NCBI RefSeq assembly: GCF_000017305.1
Contig: NC_009664.2
Span: 2,160,001 to 2,192,000, forward strand
DNA length: 32,000 nt
Source of the DNA: Kineococcus radiotolerans SRS30216 = ATCC BAA-149
GTDB taxonomy: Bacteria > Actinomycetota > Actinomycetes > Actinomycetales > Kineococcaceae
Direction: 5' to 3'
In this document: positions 23,449-32,000 of the stretch, one piece after another
How positions within the stretch are numbered: position 1 is the first letter of the stretch
How the letters are laid out: each line of letters begins with the position of its first letter
Program-made: the position numbers and the translations under genes
The notes under the pieces: model-generated
Database searches by the model: none
What the model was told of the DNA's origin: nothing
The model's input: the letters and a program-made list of their open reading frames with translations, nothing else

Positions 23449-24873
23449 ATGAGCAACGCCCTGGGCGCCACCACGAGCGCCGGCCCCACCGTCTTCGTCG
23501 TGTACGGCGCCACCGGTGACCTGGCCAAGCGTCTCGTCATGCCGGGCTTCGCCGCCCTGGCCGCTGCGGACCTGCTCCCCGAGAAGTGGATCCTCATCGG
23601 CAGCGGCCGTCGCGCCCAGCCCGTCGACGCCTACCGCGAGCACGTCCGCGCCGGTCTGCAGGAGTTCGGCAAGGTCGGCGACGAGGTCGTCGACTCGATC
23701 CTCCCGGGCCTGCGCTTCGCCGGTGGCGGTTTCACCGCCGACGACCCGGGTGAGCTCCTCGACGCCGTCCGCGACGCCCGCGCGGAGATCGGCGAGGACG
23801 CGCAGCTCGTGCACTACCTGGCGCTGCCGCCGTCGACCTTCCAGGACTACACCCGGGCCATCGCCGCGCACGGCCTGGCCGAGGGGTCCCGCGTCGTCTA
23901 CGAGAAGCCCTACGGCACCTCCCCGGAGTCCTTCGAGGAGCTCGACCAGCTCGTGCAGTCGGTGTTCGACGAGCAGCAGGTGTTCCGCATCGACCACTTC
24001 CTCGGCAAGGAGGCGACCCAGCAGCTGCACGTGCTGCGCTTCGCCAACCGCATGATCGAGCAGCTGTGGAGCAACGAGCACGTCGCGCAGGTGCAGATCG
24101 ACGTCCCCGAGGTCCTCGGCGTCGACGACCGCGCCACGTTCTACGACGAGACCGGCGCGACGCTGGACATGCTCGTCACCCACCTCCTGCAGGTGGCGGC
24201 CGAGGTCGCCCTCGACCCGCCCGCGGACTGGACCTCCGACGCGCTGGCCCAGGCCCGCGAGGACGTCCTGGCGAAGTTCCGCCCGCTGGACCCCGCCGAG
24301 GTCGTCCTCGGCCAGGGCAGCGGGTACCAGGAGATCGAGGACGTCCGCGAGGGGTCGACCACCGACACCTTCGTCGCGGCCAAGGTCTGGGTCGACACCG
24401 AGCGCTGGCGGGGCGTCCCGTTCGTCCTGCGCACCGGGAAGAAGCTGGCCGAGAGCCACCAGCACGTGACGCTGGTCTTCAAGCGGCCCTCCAACAGCCC
24501 GCAGAAGGACGCCGACGCCGCCCCCGAGACGCTCACGTTCACGTTGAGCGGCAACGGTTCCGTCTTCGCCGGGGTCACCGCGCGCCGTCCCGGGGTCTCC
24601 GACGACCTGGTTCCGGGCAAGCTGTACCTGGACCTGGCGGAACTGCCCAACGCCGAGCCGCTGCCGCCCTACGCCGCGCTGCTGCGCGACGTCCTCATCG
24701 GCGACCGCGCGCTGTTCACCACCTCCGACGGGCTGCGCGACGCGTGGCGGGTGGCCTGCCCGCTGCTGGCCCACCGTCCCGAGCTGCTGCCCTACGAGCC
24801 CGGCACGTGGGGCCCGGACGCGGCCGAGGAGATCGCCGCCCCCTACGGCTGGCTGACCGAGCAGCACCGCTGA
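23449..24873 (+). CDS. zwf: glucose-6-phosphate 1-dehydrogenase
   Basis: VYGATGDLAKR dinucleotide-binding motif and active-site RIDHFLGKE. ATG 23449 has GGAG 6 nt upstream; the track ORF starts at TTG 23437. Confidence 0.92.
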   Translation: MSNALGATTSAGPTVFVVYGATGDLAKRLVMPGFAALAAADLLPEKWILIGSGRRAQPVDAYREHVRAGLQEFGKVGDEVVDSILPGLRFAGGGFTADDPGELLDAVRDARAEIGEDAQLVHYLALPPSTFQDYTRAIAAHGLAEGSRVVYEKPYGTSPESFEELDQLVQSVFDEQQVFRIDHFLGKEATQQLHVLRFANRMIEQLWSNEHVAQVQIDVPEVLGVDDRATFYDETGATLDMLVTHLLQVAAEVALDPPADWTSDALAQAREDVLAKFRPLDPAEVVLGQGSGYQEIEDVREGSTTDTFVAAKVWVDTERWRGVPFVLRTGKKLAESHQHVTLVFKRPSNSPQKDADAAPETLTFTLSGNGSVFAGVTARRPGVSDDLVPGKLYLDLAELPNAEPLPPYAALLRDVLIGDRALFTTSDGLRDAWRVACPLLAHRPELLPYEPGTWGPDAAEEIAAPYGWLTEQHR

Positions 24874-24875
24874 GG

Positions 24876-24891
24876 ACCCGCCGGGGCGGGT
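24876..24891 (+). terminator. short GC hairpin immediately after the zwf stop
   Basis: ACCCGCC-gg-GGCGGGT, effectively a 5-bp stem with a 4-nt loop. A second hairpin GGGGCCGG-N10-CCGGCCCC lies at 24895-24920. No U-tract. Confidence 0.3.
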
Positions 24892-24985
24892 GACGGGGCC
24901 GGGGACGGCCGACCGGCCCCCCGCCCCGGCGGGACGACCCCCGGTCCTCCCCGGCGCCGCGCGGGCGCACCCGGGCGCCGCGGCG

Positions 24986-25285
24986 TCAGGCCGTGGGCCG
25001 CTGGACGGGGGGGACGACCGGCGCGTCGTCGCCGGGCACGAGCACCCACAGCAGCGGGTAGACCAGCAGCTGGCTGCCGGGGACCAGGACGAGGGTGGCG
25101 ACGAAGAGGGCGCGCACGGCCCAGGGGTCGAGCCCGAAGCGCCGGGCCAGGCCGGCGCAGACACCGCCGACGAGGCGCCCCTCGCGGGGGCGGACGAGTC
25201 CCTGGCGGGCGAAGGTGGCGTGGACGGCGTTCACGGTGGGCTCCTCGGGTCCGGGACCCGCGGGGAGCGGGTCCGACGTGACCAC
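24986..25285 (-). CDS. PspC-domain membrane protein
   Basis: LVRPREGRLVGGVCAGLARRFGLDPWAVRALFVATLVLVPG matches the PspC domain plus TM helix. GTG 25285 is tentative; an internal GTG (VNAVHATF) is also possible. Confidence 0.75.
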   Translation of the reverse strand: MVTSDPLPAGPGPEEPTVNAVHATFARQGLVRPREGRLVGGVCAGLARRFGLDPWAVRALFVATLVLVPGSQLLVYPLLWVLVPGDDAPVVPPVQRPTA

Positions 25286-25369
25286 GGTGGCCCGGGCGGG
25301 GGTGCGGGGGCATCGGGGACGGACCCTGAGCGGTCCCTGACCCGACCCCGGTGCGCGACCCGCTGAGGG

Positions 25370-25990
25370 TCAGCGCGCGTCGCGGGTGTCGCGGTCGACC
25401 TGGGGAGCCGGGGCGGCGGCGGGAGCGGGCAGGGGCTGGGGGGCCGGGGCCTGGTGGGTCTGGACCTGGAGGAAGGGGACCGGGCCGGCGGGCTGCTCGA
25501 AGACCTGCACGACCCACAGGCGCCCGTCGCCGGAGCGGACCGCGCCGAGGCCGACGACGCTGACCTCGGGGCGGAGGATGTTCGCGCGGTGGCCCGGGGA
25601 GGCCATGAAGGCGCCCTGGAGCTGGTCGCTGTCCGCGCCGACCCCGACGTTCTCCGCGACGAGGGACCAGCCGCGCATCTGCACCGACAGGTCGGGGTTG
25701 TGGTGGAGGTTCGCCTCGCCGGCCATCCGGAAGGCCCAGTCGGTCGCGACCCGGTTCGCCTCCTCGGTGAGGCCGAGGGCGGGCAGACCGGCCTGGGCCC
25801 GGGCGGAGTTGACGAGCTCGTAGGAGCGCCACGCCGCGCCGCCGTCCCCGGTGAGGGGCGCGGCCGCCTGCGCCGCACCGGCTCCCGCGACGGCACCGGC
25901 GGCGGAGGCCAGCAGGGCGACCACGCCCAGGACGCGGGCGCGGCGGGTCGGACGGCGGGTGGCGCGGGGCGAGCGGGCGGTGGTGTCCAC
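25370..25990 (-). CDS. secreted CAP/SCP (PR-1-like) domain protein
   Basis: N-terminal signal peptide (VLGVVALLASAAGAVAGAGAAQAAA). CAP motifs YELVNSARAQAGLPAL and MASPGHRANIL. Pro/Ala-rich C-terminal tail. GGAGG 6 nt before GTG 25990. Confidence 0.8.
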   Translation of the reverse strand: MDTTARSPRATRRPTRRARVLGVVALLASAAGAVAGAGAAQAAAPLTGDGGAAWRSYELVNSARAQAGLPALGLTEEANRVATDWAFRMAGEANLHHNPDLSVQMRGWSLVAENVGVGADSDQLQGAFMASPGHRANILRPEVSVVGLGAVRSGDGRLWVVQVFEQPAGPVPFLQVQTHQAPAPQPLPAPAAAPAPQVDRDTRDAR

Positions 25991-26130
25991 GGGGGACCTC
26001 CGGACGGTGAGGGGGCGTCGAGGGGGGTGACTCCCCCCATCCCTCGGCCCCGCACCCGCGGACCTGTAGCCCGGACGGGGTGCTCGTGCTCACACCGCGT
26101 CGCCGGCCCCGCGGAGGTCCGCGGCCGCGC

Positions 26131-27108
26131 TCACCCTCCCGGGGGTGCGGGCTGCCCCGTCGGGCACGGTGCGTCAGCACCCGTCCCGGGACCGGGGCCC
26201 GTCGTCCCCGGCCCGTCCTCCGGTCCGTCCCGCGGGTCGCGGCGCGGGCGGGGCGTGCGCGCGCGCTCCCGGGCCGCGGAGCCCGCGCTCCAGGTGGCCC
26301 CCGCGCTGGCGACGACGACGAGCACGATGCCCAGCGCCGCGAGGAGGGTCAGGGCCTGCCCCAGCAGCGCCCAGCCGGCCAGGGACGCCACGACGGGTTC
26401 GAGGCTGAGCAGGACCCCGAAGGTCCGCTGCGGCAGGCGCCGCAGGGCGGCCAGCTCCAGGGAGTACGGCACCACGGAGGCCAGCACGGCCGTGCCGAGG
26501 GCGAGCAGCAGCCCGTCGGGGGCCTGCAGGGCCCGCAGGGCGCCGGGGACCCCGACGGGGGCCAGGACCAGGGTCGCCACGGCGGTCGCGACCGCGAGCC
26601 CGCCGTGGCCGGGGACCTCCCGCCCCAGTCGTGCCCCGGCCCGGATGTAGCCGGCCCAGAACGCCCCCGCGAGCAGCGCGAACCCCGCCCCGACGGGGTC
26701 CAGGCCGTCGCCGTGCGTCTCCCCCGCCACCCCGAGCACCCCGACGCCGGCCAGGGCGAGCCCCACCCAGAGGAGGTCGCGCGCGCGCCGGGAGGTCGCC
26801 GCGGCCAGGGCCAGCGGCCCCAGGAACTCGATGGTGACGGCCGTGCCGAGGTCGATGCGCGAGAGCGCGGTGTAGAACGACAGGTTCATCCCGGCCAGCG
26901 CCAGCCCCAGTGCCGCCGCGGCCCGCCACTGCCCGCGGGTCCAGCCGCGCACGCGCGGGCGGACGACGAGCAGCAGGACGAGGGCCGCCAGCCCCAGCCG
27001 CAGGAACGTCGTGCCGGTGCTGCCGCCGAGGGCGAAGAGGTGCACGGCGAGCGCGGCGCCGATCTGCAGCGACGTGCAGGAGCCGAGGACGAGGAGGACG
27101 GGACCCAC
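26131..27108 (-). CDS. EamA/RhaT (DMT superfamily) transporter, RhtA-like
   Basis: C-terminal 325 aa of ORF 26131..27987 from GTG 27108. About ten hydrophobic segments, with the two-EamA-repeat pattern (SRIDLGTAVTIEFLGPL...; VPYSLELAALRRLP). About 50-aa Pro/Gly/Arg-rich C-terminal tail. Confidence 0.8.
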   Translation of the reverse strand: MGPVLLVLGSCTSLQIGAALAVHLFALGGSTGTTFLRLGLAALVLLLVVRPRVRGWTRGQWRAAAALGLALAGMNLSFYTALSRIDLGTAVTIEFLGPLALAAATSRRARDLLWVGLALAGVGVLGVAGETHGDGLDPVGAGFALLAGAFWAGYIRAGARLGREVPGHGGLAVATAVATLVLAPVGVPGALRALQAPDGLLLALGTAVLASVVPYSLELAALRRLPQRTFGVLLSLEPVVASLAGWALLGQALTLLAALGIVLVVVASAGATWSAGSAARERARTPRPRRDPRDGPEDGPGTTGPGPGTGADAPCPTGQPAPPGG

Positions 27109-27164
27109 CCGGCTACTCTCACGGGCGGCGAACGGCCTGTCCAGCGAATGTCTCCGGGCGGTAC

Positions 27165-27183
27165 CGTTCAGCTCTGCTGAACG
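27165..27183. promoter_or_regulatory. LysR-type binding site (T-N11-A core inside a 7-5-7 inverted repeat)
   Basis: CGTTCAG-ctctg-CTGAACG is a perfect inverted repeat. T27168-N11-A27180 fits the LTTR box. Lies 7 nt upstream of the lysR start, in the divergent intergenic region shared with the EamA gene. Confidence 0.55.
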
Positions 27184-27189
27184 ATCGGG

Positions 27190-29606
<2,417 letters not shown>

Positions 29607-30587
29607 CGTCGCCGCCCACCACCGACACGTCGTCCACGTCGAGCCCGACGGCGTCGGCGATCGTCGTGATCCCGGTGCCCGCGAGCGCGGCCGGGCCCGC
29701 GCCCAGCAGCGTCGGCGCGACGTAGGCGGTGACGCGGTCCACCAGCCCGGCGGCGAGGAACGCGCCGGCGAGGGTGGGCCCGCCCTCCAGCAGCACCGAG
29801 ACCACGCCCCGCTCGTGCAGCTCCGCCAGCAGGTCCGCGGGGGTCGCGGCGGTGGACACCAGCGTCGGGGCGGACCCGTCGAGCACCGCGGCCGTCGCCG
29901 GCACCCGGCCGCGGCGGTCCACCACGACCCGCAGCGGCTGGCGCGCGGAGAGCGTCCCGTCCGGTTCGCGGGCGGTCAGGCGGGGGTCGTCGGCGAGGAC
30001 CGTCCCCGACCCGGCGACGACGGCGTCGACGCGGCGGCGCAGGTCGTGGACCTGCCCGCGCGAGGCCGCCGAGGAGATCCACCGGCTGGTGCCGTCGGCG
30101 GCGGCGGAGCGGCCGTCGAGGGTGGCCGCGAACTTCCACAGCACGTGCGGCCGGTGCCGGCGCGCGGAGGTCAGCCACGCCTCGTTCACCCGTTCGGCCT
30201 CCTCGGCCAGGACCCCGGCGACGACCTCGACCCCGGCCGCGCGCAGCTCCCGCGCGCCCCCGCCGGCGAGGGCGCCGGGGTCGGCGACGGCGAACACGAC
30301 CCGGGCGATCCCCGCGCGCAGCAGCGCCTGCACGCACGGCCCGGTGCGCCCGGTGTGGTTGCAGGGTTCCAGCGTCACGTACGCCGTCCCGCCGCGGGCC
30401 CGGTCCCCCGCGGCGGCGAGGGCGTTCACCTCCGCGTGCGGGCCGCCGGCCCGCTCGTGCCAGCCCTCCCCGGCGACCTCGCCGGCGGCGTCGAGGACGA
30501 CGCAGCCGACCACGGGGTTCGGGCTGGTGGTCCCCAGACCGCGGGCGGCCAGCGCGACCGCCCGCGCCATGACCTCGCGGTCGGGCA

Positions 30588-31208
30588 TCAGCCGGCCAGG
30601 TCGAGGGTGTGCGAGGTGTGGTCGCGCTTGGCCCGCAGGTAGCGGGCGTTGGACGCCGAGAGGTGGACCCCGGTGGGGACGCGGCGCTCCACGGCGATGC
30701 CGTGCCGGACGAGCTGCTCGGCCTTGTCGGGGTTGTTGCTGAGCAGGGCGATGCGCTCCACCCCGAGGGCGTCGAGCATCTGCGCGGCCACGGCGTAGTC
30801 GCGCTCGTCCTCCCCGCGCCCGAGCGCGAGGTTCGCCTCGTAGGTGTCCAGCCCGCTGTCCTGCAGGGCGTAGGCATCGAGCTTGGCGTACAGGCCGATG
30901 CCGCGGCCCTCCTGGCGCAGGTACAGCAGGAACCCGCCGGTGGTGGCGATCCGCTCCACGGCCTCGCGCAGCTGGGGGCCGCAGTCGCAGCGCTCGGAGC
31001 CGAAGACGTCCCCGGTGAGGCACTCGCTGTGGGGACGCACCAGCGGGGTGCTCTGCTGCCGCCAGTCCCCCAGGCCCAGGGCGAGGTGCTCCTTGCCGTC
31101 GACCAGACCGGTGAAGGTGTGCACGCGGGCGGTCGTCCCGTAGCCGTCGGCGAAGCGCAGCGGGACGTCCACGGCGGTGCGCACGGTCGCGAGGGGGGTG
31201 TCGGTCAC
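30588..31208 (-). CDS. ribA: GTP cyclohydrolase II (monofunctional, no RibB domain)
   Basis: VRPHSECLTGDVFGSERCDCGPQL zinc/active-site motif and LYLRQEGRGIGL. 206 aa. GTG 31208 with GAGGAA 5 nt upstream. Confidence 0.92.
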   Translation of the reverse strand: MTDTPLATVRTAVDVPLRFADGYGTTARVHTFTGLVDGKEHLALGLGDWRQQSTPLVRPHSECLTGDVFGSERCDCGPQLREAVERIATTGGFLLYLRQEGRGIGLYAKLDAYALQDSGLDTYEANLALGRGEDERDYAVAAQMLDALGVERIALLSNNPDKAEQLVRHGIAVERRVPTGVHLSASNARYLRAKRDHTSHTLDLAG

Positions 31209-31345
31209 GGGGTTTCCTCGTCTCGTGTCGGGCGGCGCGCTCGCGGGGACCGCGCCGCCGGTCGGGGAGGTCCTCGGGAGGACGGTCTCACGACCCGCGG
31301 CCCGGGGGCGGCCCCCCGGGTCCCCGCGGCGGGGACCCGCTGCTC
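31209..31345 (-). promoter_or_regulatory. structured GC-rich 5' leader of ribA-ribD (riboswitch status unresolved)
   Basis: Leader of about 137 nt between the predicted TSS and GTG 31208, with at least four strong stem-loops: 31318-31338, 31301-31320, GUCCU/AGGAC around 31273-31286, and a 9-bp stem at 31231-31259. Contains CCCCGACCGGCGG and CCCGCGAGCG strings reminiscent of the FMN-element core, but no recognisable 3' half. Confidence 0.35.
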
Positions 31346-31351
31346 CGATCG

Positions 31352-31380
31352 ACAGTAGACCCGTGAACTTGAGCCGTCAA
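31352..31380 (-). promoter_or_regulatory. promoter of ribA-ribD
   Basis: On the minus strand: TTGACG (31380-31375), 17-nt spacer, TACTGT (31357-31352). Confidence 0.55.
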
Positions 31381-31443
31381 CGACTCGGTCGGCGAGCGGG
31401 TCCCGCGGGCCGCGGAGACCGAGCGCCGCCGCGGGCCCCGGAG

Positions 31444-31449
31444 TAGGTT
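31444..31449 (+). promoter_or_regulatory. -10-like hexamer TAGGTT placed for a leaderless transcript of the EEP-family gene
   Basis: TAGGTT ends 6 nt before GTG 31456, with no SD in between. Same geometry and the same AGTAGGTTC string as at 6025-6033. Confidence 0.4.
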
Positions 31450-31455
31450 CGGGGG

Positions 31456-32000
31456 GTGGGACTCGACAAGGGCCGCGCGCTGCGGACGATCAGCTACAAC
31501 CTCCACGAGGGTCGGGCGACGGTCGAGCTGGCCGCGCTGGCCTCCGCGCACGAGGTGGACGCGCTGTGCCTGCAGGAGTGCGACACCCGCAGGCTGCCCG
31601 AGACCGTCGGCCCGCTCGTCCTGGCCGGGGCCACCCAGCGCAACCGCCTCGGCCTGGCGCTGTACTACCGGCCCGAGCGGCTGCACGCCCACGGCCACGA
31701 GCTGCGCCCGCTGCGCCGCTCCATGCACGACCGCTTCCTGTCCCCCGCCCACGAGCGGCTGCTCGCCGTGCGCTTCGAGGACCTGCACGACGACGGCGCC
31801 CTGCTGACCCTGGCCTCCATCCACACCGCCCCGCTGTCGGCCACCAACGCGATGCGCCGGCACCAGATCACCGAGGCGCTGGGGGCCATCCGCGCCGCCG
31901 CCCACGGCAGCTCCGCCCTCGTCGTCGGGGACTTCAACTACCCCTGGTTCGCGAGCTCGCTGACCCGGCGGCTGAGCGACCAGGGGTTCCAGGTCTCCCA
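31456..32000 (+). CDS. endonuclease/exonuclease/phosphatase (EEP) family protein, 5' part (runs off the window end)
   Basis: Not in the ORF track (no stop in the window). My translation from GTG 31456: MGLDKGRALRTISYNLHEGRATVELAALASAHEVDALCLQECD...LASIHTAPLSATNAMRRHQI...ALVVGDFNYPWF. The NLxxG, LQE and GDFN motifs are in the order typical of the EEP fold. High GC3. Confidence 0.7.
   Translation, partial: MGLDKGRALRTISYNLHEGRATVELAALASAHEVDALCLQECDTRRLPETVGPLVLAGATQRNRLGLALYYRPERLHAHGHELRPLRRSMHDRFLSPAHERLLAVRFEDLHDDGALLTLASIHTAPLSATNAMRRHQITEALGAIRAAAHGSSALVVGDFNYPWFASSLTRRLSDQGFQVS

Noticed and set aside
26056-26124. Long-range inverted repeat CCGCGGACCT ... AGGTCCGCGG (49-nt spacer) and GGGGGG-tgact-CCCCCC (26025-26041) between the EamA and CAP genes
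   Set aside because: They could be 3' structures of the EamA transcript. Ten-bp GC-rich complements are frequent at this composition, and I found no matching known RNA motif. I looked for ydaO/c-di-AMP-like ACGGGGA strings upstream of the CAP gene and saw none.

Overview
Very GC-rich DNA (roughly 70-75% by eye) with strong G/C bias at third codon positions, typical of a high-GC Actinomycetota chromosome. Most entries in the six-frame track are Arg/Pro/Gly-rich shadow ORFs. I called genes from recognisable family motifs, GC3 phase and start/stop junction logic. This gives about 36 protein genes and no rRNA, tRNA, CRISPR array, transposase or integrase. The content looks like ordinary chromosomal housekeeping and accessory metabolism. 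It includes two Fpg/Nei DNA glycosylases, a GDT1/TMEM165-type cation exporter, an orphan anti-sigma-type HATPase, and an MFS transporter behind two coupled small membrane proteins. It also includes an OYE flavin reductase and a six-gene minus-strand operon: family-5 SBP, two permeases, a GGT-family enzyme with no signal peptide, a fused double ATPase, and a GntR regulator. Further genes are a DUF1275 protein, pgm, an S4/Hsp15-like protein, PhoD (Tat signal), a solitary zwf, a CAP-domain secreted protein, PspC, ribA-ribD, and a partial EEP-family gene missing from the ORF track. There are four divergent regulator/effector pairs: MerR/SDR, TetR/NmrA-like, LysR/EamA and TetR/alpha-beta hydrolase. 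I did not find a convincing novel multi-gene system such as a defence island, BGC or mobile element. The points most worth a second look are the transporter operon with an embedded cytoplasmic GGT-like enzyme, and the structured leader upstream of a minimal ribA-ribD module, which has only partial FMN-riboswitch-like strings. Others are an Fpg-like protein with a C-x2-C-x16-C-x2-E finger, widespread leaderless-type promoter geometry including symmetric TAnnnTA -10 elements at divergent pairs, and convergent gene ends that share stop codons, overlap, or embed both stops in one hairpin. All functional calls come from motif recognition by eye, with no database search.
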